A stretch of 64,000 bases of DNA, from NCBI GenBank assembly GCA_040755455.1, contig JBFMAY010000017.1, forward strand, positions 10,580 to 74,579, in the 5' to 3' direction. How positions within the stretch are numbered: position 1 is the first letter of the stretch; every line of letters starts with the position of its first letter. The notes under the pieces are model-generated. The model saw only the letters and a list, made by a program, of their open reading frames with translations. It searched no databases and was not told where the DNA came from. The position numbers and the translations under genes were made by a program. Origin of the DNA: Thermodesulfobacteriota bacterium. Lineage in GTDB: Bacteria; Desulfobacterota; Desulfobulbia; Desulfobulbales; SURF-16. This document shows positions 10,638-22,237 of this stretch, piece after piece.

Positions 10638-11786
10638 GTGGATTATTTTTTAACTGAAGAACAGCAGATGATAGTTGATCTCTCCAGGCAGATTGCCGAT
10701 GAATTAATTATTCCCCAACGCGCCGCTCTCGATGAATCCGAAGAATTTCCGAAAGATATTCTTGACGCTGTTGCCAAGGCGGATCTTTTTGGTGTTTACA
10801 TCCCGGAAGAATATGGCGGTTTCGGGGCAGGGACCTTTGAAATCGTTTTAGCTCTGGAACAGTTCGGCCGCGGCTGTGTCGGTGTGGCAACGGCGTTTGC
10901 CGCCAGTGCCCTTGGCGCCTTTCCCATTATGATTTCCGGCAATGAGGAAATGAAAAAGAAATATCTGCCGGATATCGCCAGCGGTTCGAAAAAAGCCGCT
11001 TTTGCCCTTACTGAGGCCAATGCCGGCAGTGATGCCTCGGGCATCCAGACCACCGCGGTACTCGATGGTGATGAGTGGGTACTGAACGGCACCAAACAGT
11101 GGATAACCAATGCCGGCGAAGCCAAGATTTATACGGTCATCGCCATCACCGATCGGGCAAAAGGCCCGCGCGGTGCATCCATGTTTGTCGTTGAAGATTC
11201 CGATCCGGGCTTTTCCTACGGGGTCAAGGAGAAGAAACTTGGCATCCGGGCATCTTCCACCCGGGAACTTATCTTTAAAGACTGCCGTATTCCGAAAGAC
11301 CGGCTCATCGGCCGGGAAGGCACCGGCTTCATAACGGTCATGAAGACATTGGACAGATCACGTCCGGGTATCGCCATTCTCGGTGTCGGCCTTGGTCAGG
11401 CGGCCTTGGACGAGGCGGTTACCTATGCCAAACAGCGGGTGCAGTTCGGTAAACCGATCATCTCTTTCCAGGCCGTGCAGCACATGCTTGCCGATATGGC
11501 CATCCAGCTTGAGGCTGCCCGGGCTCTGGTTTATGCCGCGGCCAAGCATATTGACGCCCATCCCAAGGATATGTCCAAGGCCTCCTCCATGTGCAAGGTG
11601 TTTGCAACCGATATGGCGATGAAGGTTACGATTGATGCGGTCCAGGTTCTCGGCGGTTATGGGTATATGCGGGATTATCCGGTTGAGAAGATGATGCGAG
11701 ACGCCAAAATTCTCCAGATTTATGAAGGAACCAACCAGATACAGCGCAACGTGGTTGGTCAGGAACTGAACAAGGAGTATACGTAA
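10638..11786 (+). CDS. acyl-CoA dehydrogenase (short-chain/Bcd-like)
   Basis: [37 protein letters not shown]. Confidence 0.93.
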   Translation: MDYFLTEEQQMIVDLSRQIADELIIPQRAALDESEEFPKDILDAVAKADLFGVYIPEEYGGFGAGTFEIVLALEQFGRGCVGVATAFAASALGAFPIMISGNEEMKKKYLPDIASGSKKAAFALTEANAGSDASGIQTTAVLDGDEWVLNGTKQWITNAGEAKIYTVIAITDRAKGPRGASMFVVEDSDPGFSYGVKEKKLGIRASSTRELIFKDCRIPKDRLIGREGTGFITVMKTLDRSRPGIAILGVGLGQAALDEAVTYAKQRVQFGKPIISFQAVQHMLADMAIQLEAARALVYAAAKHIDAHPKDMSKASSMCKVFATDMAMKVTIDAVQVLGGYGYMRDYPVEKMMRDAKILQIYEGTNQIQRNVVGQELNKEYT

Positions 11787-11791
11787 GACTG

Positions 11792-12571
11792 ATGAAGATT
11801 ATAGTCTGTGTCAAACAGGTTCCGGACGCAAAAGATGTCCGTCTGGACCCCAAGACCAATACATTGTCCAGGGAAGGGGTGCAATCCATCATCAATCCCT
11901 ATGACCGCCATGCCCTTGAAGAGGCTGTCCGCCTCAAGGAAAAGGTCGGCGGCACCGTGACCGTGCTGACCATGGGGCCGCCCCAGGCTGCGGAAATACT
12001 GCGTGAGTCCGTCTCCTGCGGGGCTGATGAGGCGGTGCTGGTCTCTGACCGGGCATTTGCCGGTGCCGATACCCTGGCGACGACCTACACCTTATCCCAG
12101 GCGATCAAGAAAATAGGCGGTGCTGATCTCATTTTGTGCGGCAAGCAGGCGATCGATGGCGACACCGCCCAGGTCGGGCCGGGGCTGGCGGTAAGAATGG
12201 ACATTCCCTATGTCACCTGCGTTCGCAGGATTGTTGAAGCCAATGACAAGGCATTCGTTGTCGAAAGATTGATGGATGACGGCTATGATGAGGTGGAAGT
12301 TACCCTGCCGGCCCTCTTTACCGTGGTCAAGGAAATCAATGAGCCCCGTCTTCCTTCCCTCAAAGGGAAGATGAGGGCGAAGAAGCTGGCCATAACCACC
12401 CTCAGTGCCGGGGATCTTGATGCGGATACTGCTCAGTTGGGGCTGAAAGGTTCTCCCACCTGGGTGGTCAAAGTGTTCGCTCCCCAGCTGAAAGGTGAGC
12501 GGACCATGATTGAAGGCACGGTACAGGAACAGGTCGATCAGTTGGCTGAAAAATTGATGGAATGGTGTTAG
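11792..12571 (+). CDS. etfB: electron transfer flavoprotein beta subunit
   Basis: CVKQVPD, INPYD, GKQAIDGDTAQVGP, GLKGSPTWV. Confidence 0.95.
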   Translation: MKIIVCVKQVPDAKDVRLDPKTNTLSREGVQSIINPYDRHALEEAVRLKEKVGGTVTVLTMGPPQAAEILRESVSCGADEAVLVSDRAFAGADTLATTYTLSQAIKKIGGADLILCGKQAIDGDTAQVGPGLAVRMDIPYVTCVRRIVEANDKAFVVERLMDDGYDEVEVTLPALFTVVKEINEPRLPSLKGKMRAKKLAITTLSAGDLDADTAQLGLKGSPTWVVKVFAPQLKGERTMIEGTVQEQVDQLAEKLMEWC

Positions 12572-12575
12572 GGTT

Positions 12576-13772
12576 ATGTTGCTGATAGATATTGATGCCT
12601 GTATTGGTTGCGGACTCTGTGAAGAAAATTGCGCATTTGATGCAATTCATGTCGTTAACGGCATAGCCGAGGTCAATGAAAACTGTACCCTGTGCGGGGG
12701 CTGCGTTGATTACTGCGAAGCCGGGGCCTTGAAGATTGAAGGCAAAGAAGAGTGCGGGGAGAAAGATGGGCTGGCCGCCTGGTCCGGCATATGGGTATAT
12801 GCCGAGTACCGCCATGGCCGCATCGCCCCTGTTACCTATGAGCTGCTCGGCGCTGGCCGTAAACTCGCAGACCAGAAGAAGGTGCCGTTATCGGCGGTGC
12901 TCCTCACCGACAAGGCAGGAGGTATGCCGGCTCAGCTTATTTCCTATGGTGCGGACCAGGTATATGTTGTCGAAGATCATGCCCTTGCCCAATTTACCGA
13001 TGAGGCCTACGGCAACGCCCTTGAAGATCTGGCCCGCCAGTATAAACCTGAAGTGATTCTTGCCGGCGCCACGGCCATCGGCCGTTCCTTTATTCCCAGA
13101 GTGGCAACATCGCTTAAAACAGGTCTCACTGCTGACTGCACGCAGCTTGATATCCAGCAGGAAGACGGTGCCCTGCTGCAGACCAGGCCGGCCTTTGGCG
13201 GCAATATCATGGCCACCATTGCCTGCCCCAATACCAGGCCGCAGATGGCAACCGTACGGCCCCTGGTGATGAAGGCCAATGCCCCTGATCCCGCCCGCAA
13301 AGGTGATGTCATTCATTACACCATCTCACCCGACCGGCTTGCTTCCCGGGTGAAGGTGCGCAACTTTGTCGCTCTGGAAGGAGATCAGGTCAATCTCAAC
13401 GAGGCTGATATTGTTGTATCAGGGGGGCGCGGCCTGGAAAGTGAAAAGGGATTTCAGATGATTGCCGAATTGGCGCACCTGCTTGACGGGGCCGTTGCTG
13501 CCTCCAGGGCGGCCGTTGACAGCGGCTGGATCCCCTATCCGCATCAGGTTGGCCAGACCGGTAAAACCGTCAGCCCCAAGGTGTATATTGCCTGCGGGAT
13601 TTCCGGGGCAATCCAGCATCTCGTCGGCATGCAGTCTTCTGATACCATTATCGCTATCAACCGGGACCCGCATGCGCCCATATTTAATGTGGCCACATAC
13701 GGGGTTGTCGGCGATGTTTTTGAAATTGTGCCGAAATTGATTGATAAAATAAAGCAGGTTCGGTCATCATAA
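12576..13772 (+). CDS. etfA: electron transfer flavoprotein alpha subunit with N-terminal 2x[4Fe-4S] ferredoxin domain
   Basis: CIGCGLCEENC and CTLCGGCVDYC; GLTADCT, QVGQTG, GISGAIQH. Confidence 0.95.
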   Translation: MLLIDIDACIGCGLCEENCAFDAIHVVNGIAEVNENCTLCGGCVDYCEAGALKIEGKEECGEKDGLAAWSGIWVYAEYRHGRIAPVTYELLGAGRKLADQKKVPLSAVLLTDKAGGMPAQLISYGADQVYVVEDHALAQFTDEAYGNALEDLARQYKPEVILAGATAIGRSFIPRVATSLKTGLTADCTQLDIQQEDGALLQTRPAFGGNIMATIACPNTRPQMATVRPLVMKANAPDPARKGDVIHYTISPDRLASRVKVRNFVALEGDQVNLNEADIVVSGGRGLESEKGFQMIAELAHLLDGAVAASRAAVDSGWIPYPHQVGQTGKTVSPKVYIACGISGAIQHLVGMQSSDTIIAINRDPHAPIFNVATYGVVGDVFEIVPKLIDKIKQVRSS

Positions 13773-13787
13773 ATTGCAAAACCAGCT

Positions 13788-14552
13788 ATGGAAAAGAAGA
13801 ACGAAATGACAATGGACGGAAAAATTGCAGTGGTCACCGGAGGAAGCCGCGGAATCGGTAAAGCTATCTGTTTACACCTTGCCCGGATGGGTGCCACTGT
13901 GGTAGTCAACTATGTAAGCCGGCCCGATGCTGCTGAAGCGACTGTGGCCTCGATCAAAGAAGCGGGCGGCAATGCTGCCGTCTGCCAGTTCAACGTTGCC
14001 GACGCCGAGCAGGTGCAAGCAGCTTTTAAAAAGATACTGGCTGATTTCGGTCGGGTTGATATTCTTGTCAACAATGCGGGGATAACCCGTGATGGCCTCA
14101 TTGCCATGATGAAGGAACAGGCATGGGATGAGGTTATTGACACCAATCTCAAAGGCGCTTTCAATTGTATCAAGGCGGTAAGCCGTCCGATGATGAAACA
14201 GCGCTGGGGACGGATTGTTTCGATTACGTCAGTAATCGGTTTTGCCGGCAATGCCGGACAGGCCAACTATGCGGCGGCCAAGGCGGGGATGGTCGGTTTG
14301 ACCCGTTCCGTGGCCAAGGAACTCGCATCCCGTGGGGTGACTGTCAATGGTGTTGCTCCCGGTTATATTGATACCGATATGACCAAGGAGCTTGCTGAAG
14401 AGGTAACTGAAAAAATCAAAGCGGAAATCCCCATGAATTCTTTAGGTACTGTTGAAGATGTGGCTGCTGCCGTTGCTTATCTGGTTTCAGAAGAGGCCCG
14501 TTATGTCACCGGTCAGTTTATCCATGTTAATGGCGGGATGTTCATGGGATAG
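13788..14552 (+). CDS. fabG: 3-oxoacyl-ACP reductase
   Basis: TGGSRGIG, NNAGITRD, YAAAK; start may be 13806. Confidence 0.95.
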   Translation: MEKKNEMTMDGKIAVVTGGSRGIGKAICLHLARMGATVVVNYVSRPDAAEATVASIKEAGGNAAVCQFNVADAEQVQAAFKKILADFGRVDILVNNAGITRDGLIAMMKEQAWDEVIDTNLKGAFNCIKAVSRPMMKQRWGRIVSITSVIGFAGNAGQANYAAAKAGMVGLTRSVAKELASRGVTVNGVAPGYIDTDMTKELAEEVTEKIKAEIPMNSLGTVEDVAAAVAYLVSEEARYVTGQFIHVNGGMFMG

Positions 14553-14628
14553 GGGAAAAAGAGCGTAGGAGTCCACTGGTGCTCTTACGGGCAACAGGTA
14601 GGGTGTAAGGAAAAAGAAGGAGAAAATC

Positions 14629-14859
14629 ATGTCTAAAGAAGAAAAACTTATTGATATTATTGTTGAGCAGCTCAGTGTTGATAAAGCAAAAGTAGTTCCC
14701 GCCGCCTCTTTCGTTGATGATCTCGGGGCAGACTCACTTGATCTTGTCGAGCTCATTATGGCAATGGAAGAGGCTTTTGATACCGAGATCCCGGATGACG
14801 TAGCTGAGAAAATTACAACTGTTCAGCATGCGATCGATCACATTAACTCCTTGAAATAA
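14629..14859 (+). CDS. acpP: acyl carrier protein
   Basis: [20 protein letters not shown]. Confidence 0.97.
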   Translation: MSKEEKLIDIIVEQLSVDKAKVVPAASFVDDLGADSLDLVELIMAMEEAFDTEIPDDVAEKITTVQHAIDHINSLK

Positions 14860-14950
14860 TAGGACCTATATTGCGCGACATGCTTCATGATCGTGTCATG
14901 TGCGACCATATTTCAGGGTTTGGTAAAGTCTCAAGCTTTCGAGGTTGCCA

Positions 14951-16192
14951 ATGGCTAGAAGAGTAGTAGTTACCGGTGTTGGTCTCGTTACCCCGCTGGG
15001 TACTGGAAATGAGAAAACATGGAATGGACTCTGTGCCGGCAAGAGCGGTATCGGTCCGATCACCCGCTTTGATACCAGCGACCATGCAGTCAGGATTGCG
15101 GCGGAGGTCAAGGATTTCATTGCCGAGGATTTCATTGACCCGAAAACGGCTAAACACCTGGATCTCTTTGTGCAATATGCTGTTGCTGCGGCAGAGATGG
15201 CATTCACCGATTCAGGGTTTGCCGTGACGGAAGAAAATGCCCCTCGGGTTGGGGTCATTACCGGTTGCGGTCTCGGGGGCTTGTCCACCATTGAGAAATA
15301 TCATCAGGTTTGTCTTGAACGCGGGCCGAAACGCATTACCCCGTTTTTCATTCCCATGGTTATCCCGAACATGGGGGCCGGGCAGATCTCCATCTTGAAA
15401 AAGATCAAGGGACCCAATCTGTCAGTGACAACCGCCTGCGCGGCCGGAACCCATGCGGTGGGCGAGGCCTTCCGCATGATCAGCGCAGGCGACTGCGACG
15501 TGGCCGTAACCGGCGGCAGCGAATCGGTTATCTGCCCCCTGGCTGTTGGGGGATTCGCCGCGATGAAGGCCCTTTCCAGAAGTAATGATTTTCCGGAGAA
15601 GGCCTCCCGGCCCTTTGACCGGGACCGTGACGGTTTCATCATCGCTGAGGGCGCAGGAATTCTTATTTTAGAGGAACTTGGCCATGCCAAGGCAAGGGGG
15701 GCCCGCATCTATGCCGAAATGGCGGGTTACGGTCTTTCCGGGGACGGATTCCATATGGCTGCTCCTCCTGAAGATGGCGACGGCGCAGTGCGCTGTATGA
15801 AAATGGCCCTGGCCGATGCGGGCATGAATGGTGACGAAATCGATTACATCAATGCCCATGGCACCTCAACGCCTTTGAATGATGTTGTCGAGACGCGGGC
15901 CATCAAGAGTGTTTTTGGTGATCATGCCAAGAAACTCGCCATCAGTTCGACAAAATCCATGACCGGCCATATGCTGGGCGGGGCAGGCGGTATTGAAGCC
16001 GTTTTTACGGCTCTGTCTCTGCATCATCAAGTCGTTCCACCCACGGCAAATCTTGAAAATCCGGATGACGAGTGCGATCTTGATTATGTGCCGGGCAGTG
16101 CCCGTGACATGAAAATCCGGGCGGCCATGTCCAATTCCTTTGGATTCGGCGGCACCAATGCCGTCATTATCATGAAACGCTTTGAGGGTTAG
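14951..16192 (+). CDS. fabF: beta-ketoacyl-ACP synthase II
   Basis: TACAAG, NAHGTST, KSMTGH, SNSFGFGGTN. Confidence 0.96.
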   Translation: MARRVVVTGVGLVTPLGTGNEKTWNGLCAGKSGIGPITRFDTSDHAVRIAAEVKDFIAEDFIDPKTAKHLDLFVQYAVAAAEMAFTDSGFAVTEENAPRVGVITGCGLGGLSTIEKYHQVCLERGPKRITPFFIPMVIPNMGAGQISILKKIKGPNLSVTTACAAGTHAVGEAFRMISAGDCDVAVTGGSESVICPLAVGGFAAMKALSRSNDFPEKASRPFDRDRDGFIIAEGAGILILEELGHAKARGARIYAEMAGYGLSGDGFHMAAPPEDGDGAVRCMKMALADAGMNGDEIDYINAHGTSTPLNDVVETRAIKSVFGDHAKKLAISSTKSMTGHMLGGAGGIEAVFTALSLHHQVVPPTANLENPDDECDLDYVPGSARDMKIRAAMSNSFGFGGTNAVIIMKRFEG

Positions 16193-16194
16193 AT

Positions 16195-16617
16195 GTGAAG
16201 ATTGCCATCGGCTGTGATCACGGCGGTATTGCCTTAAAAGAGGTTATTCTTCCTCTGCTGGCAGAATTGGGACATGAGGTAAATGATCAGGGTACCGACT
16301 CGACCCTCTCCGTCGATTATCCGCAATATGCCAAAGCCGTCTGTGATCTGGTGGCGGACAATACCTGTGACCGCGGCATTCTTATCTGCGGCACCGGCAT
16401 CGGCATGTCCATGGCCGCCAACCGCAATAAGAAAATCAGGGCTGCCTTGTGCAGCGATATGTATTCGGCCCGTATGAGCCGGGAACACAATAATGCCAAT
16501 GTGTTATGTCTCGGGGCCAGGGTCATCGGGCCGGGCCTTGCTGAGGAAATTGTCCGTATCTGGCTTACCACCGACTTTGCCGGGGATCGTCATCTGCGCC
16601 GTATTGAGATGTTTTAA
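16195..16617 (+). CDS. rpiB: ribose-5-phosphate isomerase B
   Basis: GCDHGG, CGTGIGMSMAAN, REHNNANVL. Confidence 0.95.
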   Translation: MKIAIGCDHGGIALKEVILPLLAELGHEVNDQGTDSTLSVDYPQYAKAVCDLVADNTCDRGILICGTGIGMSMAANRNKKIRAALCSDMYSARMSREHNNANVLCLGARVIGPGLAEEIVRIWLTTDFAGDRHLRRIEMF

Positions 16618-16695
16618 TTATTAACCAGCGGGAACAGCCGCAAGCACCTGCAAGCTGACGAAGCGCCATTGCATAATTCTCCGGGACGGCAAGGC

Positions 16696-16733
16696 AACTC
16701 ATGCGGCAACACATAACCCCGCATGAGTTTTTT
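16696..16733 (+). terminator. intrinsic terminator-like hairpin between rpiB and glyA
   Basis: AACTCATGCGG / CCGCATGAGTT inverted repeat followed by a T run. Confidence 0.55.
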
Positions 16734-16764
16734 GCAACATTTAGCTAATCTATAGAGTAACTGT

Positions 16765-18021
16765 ATGTCATCATTAAAACAAGCAGACCCGGCTGTTTAT
16801 CGAGCCATCAGATATGAACTTGAACGGCAGACCAACCAGCTTGAGCTGATCGCCTCTGAAAATATCGTCAGCATGGCTGTTCTTGAGGCCCAGGGTTCCA
16901 TTTTCACCAACAAATACGCGGAAGGCTACCCGAGCAAGCGATATTATGGTGGTTGCGAGTATGCCGACGAGATTGAGTCACTGGCTATTTGCCGGGCCAA
17001 GGAAATTTTCGGGGCCGAATATGCCAATGTGCAGCCCCATTCCGGCAGTCAGGCCAATATGGCTGTCTATTTTGCCACGCTCAAGCCCGGCGATAAGGTA
17101 TTGGGTATGGATCTGGCCCATGGCGGTCATCTGACCCACGGCAGCAGCGTCAATTTTTCCGGACAGCTTTATGATTTCGTCTCCTATGGGGTCAAAAAGG
17201 AAACCGGCCAGATTGACATGGAAGAGGTGGAGCGCATCGCCCTTGCCGAAAAACCGAGGATGATCGTCGCCGGGGCAAGCGCCTATCCCCGGGTGATTGA
17301 TTTTGAGGGATTCCGCAGGATTGCTGATAAGATTGATGCCTTTTTCATGGTGGACATGGCCCATATCGCCGGCCTGGTGGCGGCCGGCATCCATCCATCA
17401 CCGGTGCCCCATGCCCATTTTGTCACCACCACCACCCATAAGACCATGCGTGGTCCCCGGGGCGGTTTGATCCTGGCCAAGGGCGAGTTTGATAAAAAAC
17501 TCAACAGCAAGATATTCCCAGGCATTCAGGGTGGACCGCTGGTGCATGTTATTGCCGCCAAGGCTGTAAGCTTCAAGGAGGCCATGACTGAAGAATTTAA
17601 AATCTATCAGGACCAGGTGGTTAAAAATGCCAGAGCGCTGGCGGAAAATCTGCAGAAATTCGGTTTCCGGCTCGTCTCCGGCGGCACGGACAACCATCTG
17701 ATGCTGGTCGACTTAAATAACAAGGACATTACTGGCAAACTTGCCGAGGAGGCCCTGGAAAGCGCTGGTCTTACGGTCAACAAGAATGCCATACCTTTTG
17801 ACACCCAGAGCCGCTTCGTCACGGGCGGTATCCGCATCGGCACCCCATCGGTGACAACCAGGGGGTTGAAAGAGCCTGAAATGGCAAAAATTGCCGATTG
17901 GATCAACCGGGCCATTGTCAACCGCGACAGCAAGGAGGCACTGGCTGCCATCCGGCTTGAAGTGCGGATGTTATGTGATGCGTTCCCCCTGTATCCTGAC
18001 TTAGTGCGTGATGATGATTAA
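16765..18021 (+). CDS. glyA: serine hydroxymethyltransferase
   Basis: [28 protein letters not shown]. Confidence 0.97.
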   Translation: MSSLKQADPAVYRAIRYELERQTNQLELIASENIVSMAVLEAQGSIFTNKYAEGYPSKRYYGGCEYADEIESLAICRAKEIFGAEYANVQPHSGSQANMAVYFATLKPGDKVLGMDLAHGGHLTHGSSVNFSGQLYDFVSYGVKKETGQIDMEEVERIALAEKPRMIVAGASAYPRVIDFEGFRRIADKIDAFFMVDMAHIAGLVAAGIHPSPVPHAHFVTTTTHKTMRGPRGGLILAKGEFDKKLNSKIFPGIQGGPLVHVIAAKAVSFKEAMTEEFKIYQDQVVKNARALAENLQKFGFRLVSGGTDNHLMLVDLNNKDITGKLAEEALESAGLTVNKNAIPFDTQSRFVTGGIRIGTPSVTTRGLKEPEMAKIADWINRAIVNRDSKEALAAIRLEVRMLCDAFPLYPDLVRDDD

Positions 18022-18493
18022 TACCGTCCAGCGCCCGTCATGGTCTGAATATTTTCTTTCCATTACGGAACTTGTCGCCCAGCGGTCAACCTGTATCCGG
18101 CGCAAGGTCGGCGCAATCCTGGTGCGGGACAAACGCATCATCGCCACTGGTTATAATGGTGCACCCACCAAGGTCCGGCATTGCCTTGAAGTAGGTTGTC
18201 TGCGTGACCAGCAGAACATCCCCTCCGGCGAGCGCCATGAATTATGCAGAGGGCTGCATGCCGAGCAGAATGCCATTATTCAGGCGGCACTGCATGGCGT
18301 CAGCGTGGAAAATTCCACCGTTTACTGTACGAATATGCCCTGCTCGATATGCAGCAAGATGCTGATCAATGCCCGGGTCAAGGCCATCTACTATAAGGAG
18401 GGCTATGCTGACACCCTGGCCGCCTCAATGCTGGCCGAAGCCGGCATTCCGCTTATTCAGATGGAAAACGCTGCAGACAACGGGGTTAAATAG
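18008..18493 (+). CDS. dCMP/cytidine deaminase-family protein
   Basis: TGYNG, HAEQNA, PCSICSK. Confidence 0.9.
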   Translation: MMMINTVQRPSWSEYFLSITELVAQRSTCIRRKVGAILVRDKRIIATGYNGAPTKVRHCLEVGCLRDQQNIPSGERHELCRGLHAEQNAIIQAALHGVSVENSTVYCTNMPCSICSKMLINARVKAIYYKEGYADTLAASMLAEAGIPLIQMENAADNGVK

Positions 18494-18583
18494 ACAGGGA
18501 ATCATTCCCTTGCCTTGGCCACAGAGATGCTGTTATCTCTTTGTGGCCTTTGTTTCATTGAAGAGATTATTGCAGGCTGAAAA

Positions 18584-19063
18584 ATGAAATGTCCCTACTG
18601 TGGCCATCTTGAAAACAAGGTGGTTGATTCCCGCCTCAATAAAGACTACACGATAACCCGTCGCCGCCGTCTGTGCGATTCCTGCGGCAGGCGTTTCACC
18701 ACCTACGAGCGCCTGGAGGTGACCATGCCCATGCTCATCAAAAAAGATGACCGCCGTGAAGCATGGGACCGTTCAAAGGTGGTTTCCGGTCTGAAAAAGG
18801 CGTGCGAAAAGAGACCGGTCAGCATGACCCAGATCGAAGAATTTGTGGATAATCTTGAAAGGGAATTGCAGGACATGGGAGAGAGGGAAATCCCGGTCCG
18901 TATTGTCGGCGCCCGGGTAATGGACGCCCTGCGCAACATCGATGAGGTGGCCTATGTCCGCTTTGCCTCGGTTTACCGGCAGTTCAAGGATTTAAATGAG
19001 TTCATGGAGGAACTGAAGGGTCTGCTTGGCGGCCGGGAAAATGAAAAGAGTGAAGGATCCTGA
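18584..19063 (+). CDS. nrdR: transcriptional repressor NrdR
   Basis: MKCPYC...[27 protein letters not shown]. Confidence 0.96.
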   Translation: MKCPYCGHLENKVVDSRLNKDYTITRRRRLCDSCGRRFTTYERLEVTMPMLIKKDDRREAWDRSKVVSGLKKACEKRPVSMTQIEEFVDNLERELQDMGEREIPVRIVGARVMDALRNIDEVAYVRFASVYRQFKDLNEFMEELKGLLGGRENEKSEGS

Positions 19064-20156
19064 TCTTGTCTTTATGAGAATGGCCCTGCGGGAGGCACGC
19101 AAGGGTCTGGGCAGGACCTCTCCCAATCCAGCTGTCGGATCGATAGTGGTGCGGGACGGCAAGGTGATCGGCAGAGGTTATCATAAAAAGGCAGGCACGC
19201 CCCATGCCGAGGTCCACGCCCTGAGAGCGGCCGGGGAAGATGCCCGGGGGGCGACCCTTTACGTCACGCTTGAGCCCTGCAACCACACCGGCCGCACCCC
19301 GCCCTGCACCCGTGCCATACTTGCATCCGGCATCAGGCGGGTGGTGGTCGGCATGATTGACCCGAATCCACTGGTCGCCGGGTCAGGCTGCGCCTTGCTG
19401 CAGGACAATGGGATCGAGGTCAGGGCCGGGGTGCTGGCCGATGAATGCCGGGAGTTGAATTACCCTTTCATCAAACATATTACCACCGGCCTGCCCTGGG
19501 TGATCATGAAGGCAGGCTGCAGTCTTGACGGCAGGATTGCGGCGGCTGACGGCCGGAGCAGCTGGATTACCTGCGCAAAATCAAGGGCGGAGGTGCATCG
19601 CCTCCGCGACCGGGTTGACGCGATTCTCATCGGAGCGGGTACGGCCCTGGCCGATGACCCCTCGCTCACCACCAGATTACAGGGAAAAGTAGGGAAAGAC
19701 CCTTTACGGGTGGTGCTGGACGGCAAGCTCCGTCTTGCCCCCGCTGCCAGGATGCTCAGGCAGCAGTCCACCGCGCCAACCTGGATCTTCTGCTCTCACC
19801 AGGCAGATCCGGCTAAGGTCAAGGCCCTGGAACAAGCGGGAGCAAAAATCATCCGGGTTGACTGCGGCCAGGACGGCTATCTTGACCTGCTGCAGGTGCT
19901 GCAGTTTTTAGGTGCGGCCCAGATAAACAGCCTGCTGGTGGAAGGCGGCAGCCAGGTGCACGGCTCATTTCTGCGGGCTGGGTTAGTGGATCAGGTCTGT
20001 CTTTTCCTGGCCCCTCTTTTTCTTGGAGGGGACGCCGTGCCGGTGGTCGACAGTCTCAAGCTTGCCGGGGTGCAGGAGGCCAAAAGATTTGTCACCCGCC
20101 GCATCAGACGTTTTGATGACGATGTGTTGATAGATGGCTTGTTTATCGGGAACTGA
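19041..20156 (+). CDS. ribD: riboflavin biosynthesis deaminase/reductase
   Basis: [28 protein letters not shown]. Confidence 0.95.
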   Translation: MKRVKDPDLVFMRMALREARKGLGRTSPNPAVGSIVVRDGKVIGRGYHKKAGTPHAEVHALRAAGEDARGATLYVTLEPCNHTGRTPPCTRAILASGIRRVVVGMIDPNPLVAGSGCALLQDNGIEVRAGVLADECRELNYPFIKHITTGLPWVIMKAGCSLDGRIAAADGRSSWITCAKSRAEVHRLRDRVDAILIGAGTALADDPSLTTRLQGKVGKDPLRVVLDGKLRLAPAARMLRQQSTAPTWIFCSHQADPAKVKALEQAGAKIIRVDCGQDGYLDLLQVLQFLGAAQINSLLVEGGSQVHGSFLRAGLVDQVCLFLAPLFLGGDAVPVVDSLKLAGVQEAKRFVTRRIRRFDDDVLIDGLFIGN

Positions 20157-20213
20157 CAGGCTTTTCTCCGGCCATGTACCCAGCTGAATGAATAAAAAAC
20201 TTTACGTGACGCA

Positions 20214-20873
20214 ATGTTTACAGGAATTATCCAGGGCAAAGGCAAACTCATCGAAAAAAGGCCGGCAGGCGGCGGCATGGTTTTCGGCGTGGAAGCGGAT
20301 TTTGACCTCACTGAGCCGGCGGAAGGCGAGTCCATCGCCTGCAACGGCGTCTGTCTGACCGCCAAAAAGATTACGGGGAGGCGTTTTGAGGTGGATGTAT
20401 CGCCGGAAAGCCTGTCCCGCACCAATCTCGGTAGTATCGCCGTAGGCCAGAGGATGAATCTTGAGCGGGCACTGCGGTTAAGTGATCGGCTTGGCGGCCA
20501 TCTGGTCAGCGGCCACGTCGATGCCACCACGAAGGTTTTGGAAATACAACCTGAGGGTGATTTCGTTCGCTTCCATTTTGCCGTCCCAAAAGGATTAGGC
20601 CGCTATATTATTGAAAAAGGTTCCATCACCATCAATGGCATCAGCCTCACGGTAAATTACTGTGATGACCGCACCTTTGCGGTGGCCATCATTCCCCACA
20701 CCCTGCAGGTCACCACCTTGGGCTTGTTGAAACAGGGTGATCTGGTGAACATCGAGGTTGACCTGATCGGTAAATATGTGGAAAAGCTGCTGCAGGTAAA
20801 AGAGAACGAGGACAGGCCGCACGGGTCGCGCATTAATCCCGCTTTTCTGGCCGAGCATGGTTTTTTGAAATAA
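20214..20873 (+). CDS. ribE: riboflavin synthase
   Basis: MFTGII, NGVCLT, RLGGHLVSGHVD. Confidence 0.95.
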   Translation: MFTGIIQGKGKLIEKRPAGGGMVFGVEADFDLTEPAEGESIACNGVCLTAKKITGRRFEVDVSPESLSRTNLGSIAVGQRMNLERALRLSDRLGGHLVSGHVDATTKVLEIQPEGDFVRFHFAVPKGLGRYIIEKGSITINGISLTVNYCDDRTFAVAIIPHTLQVTTLGLLKQGDLVNIEVDLIGKYVEKLLQVKENEDRPHGSRINPAFLAEHGFLK

Positions 20874-20992
20874 TCTTGTTTTTCTTGGTAACAGATCTGG
20901 ATTAAATTGCAAAGATACTTACAGTACCCCTTAATTTACACGATCTTGATATTAATCTTTCATATCCGGCCCGGCCGGAGCAGGTGAAGAAT

Positions 20993-22216
20993 ATGCCGGT
21001 AAGCAGTATAGAAGAGGTTATTGAAGACATCAGGGCAGGGAAGATGATTATCCTTGTTGATGATGAGGACAGGGAAAATGAAGGGGATCTGTTCATGGCG
21101 GCCCAGATGGCTACCCCGGAAGCCGTCAACTTCATGGCGACTTATGGCAGGGGCTTGATTTGTTTGACTCTGACCCCGGAGCATCTTGAAAAACTGAAAT
21201 TGCCCATGATGGTGCAGAATAATCAGTCGCCTTATCAAACCGCTTTCACCGTAAGCATTGAGGCCCGTCACGGCGTGACCACCGGCATCTCCGCGGCCGA
21301 CAGGGCAAGAACCATTCAGGCGGCGGTCTCTCCTGATGTGAAACCTGAGGACCTGGTCAGCCCTGGCCATGTTTTCCCCTTGCGGGCGCGAAGGGGCGGC
21401 GTGCTGGTGCGAACCGGGCAGACCGAAGGGTCAGTCGATATTTCCAGGCTCGCCGGGCTCGTGCCGGCCGGGGTTATCTGCGAGATCATGAAGGCCGACG
21501 GTAGCATGGCCAGGATGCCTGATCTGGAAATTTTCGCCAGGGAACACGATCTGAAAATCGCCACCATTGCCGATCTGGTCGCCTACAGAATTAAAATGGA
21601 CAAGCTGGTCCACCGGGCGGCGGAAACAGTGCTGCCCACCCGTTATGGCGGGGAATTCAAGGCCGTGGTGTACACCAACGATGTTGATGACTATGAGCAT
21701 CTGGCCCTGATCAAGGGTGATATTAACCCTGACAAAGAGGTATTGGTGCGGGTCCATTCCGAATGTCTGACCGGCGATGTTTTCGGCTCCATGCGCTGCG
21801 ACTGCGGCGGCCAGTTGCAGGCGGCCATGCGCATGGTGAACCGGGAGGGCTGCGGCGTCATCCTCTATATGCACCAGGAGGGCCGGGGAATCGGCCTGGC
21901 CAATAAGATCAAGGCTTACGCCCTGCAGGATAAGGGGTTTGATACGGTTGAGGCCAATCTCAAACTTGGCTTTAAGGCCGATCTCCGTGATTACGGCATC
22001 GGCGCCCAAATTCTGCGTGATATCGGCGTCAGAAAGATGAAACTGATGACCAATAATCCCAAAAAGATCGTCGGACTTGAGGGATACGGGCTGGAGGTGG
22101 TGGACAGGGTAAAGATTGAGACCAATCCTGTCCCGGAAAATCTGGGTTATCTGCGTTGTAAAAAGGACAAAATGGGCCATCTGCTTGAACTGAACGGTTC
22201 TGAAAACGAAGGCTGA
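20993..22216 (+). CDS. ribBA: DHBP synthase / GTP cyclohydrolase II
   Basis: DDEDRENEGD; RVHSECLTGDVFGSMRCDC. Confidence 0.96.
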   Translation: MPVSSIEEVIEDIRAGKMIILVDDEDRENEGDLFMAAQMATPEAVNFMATYGRGLICLTLTPEHLEKLKLPMMVQNNQSPYQTAFTVSIEARHGVTTGISAADRARTIQAAVSPDVKPEDLVSPGHVFPLRARRGGVLVRTGQTEGSVDISRLAGLVPAGVICEIMKADGSMARMPDLEIFAREHDLKIATIADLVAYRIKMDKLVHRAAETVLPTRYGGEFKAVVYTNDVDDYEHLALIKGDINPDKEVLVRVHSECLTGDVFGSMRCDCGGQLQAAMRMVNREGCGVILYMHQEGRGIGLANKIKAYALQDKGFDTVEANLKLGFKADLRDYGIGAQILRDIGVRKMKLMTNNPKKIVGLEGYGLEVVDRVKIETNPVPENLGYLRCKKDKMGHLLELNGSENEG

Positions 22217-22237
22217 AAAGAAATTTGGAGTGGGTCA

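Noticed and set aside
16620..16764. Riboswitch (ZTP or glycine) upstream of glyA
   Set aside because: Only a terminator-like hairpin is evident; I saw no recognisable aptamer consensus.
20874..20990. FMN riboswitch in the rib cluster
   Set aside because: No RFN consensus in the intergenic gaps.
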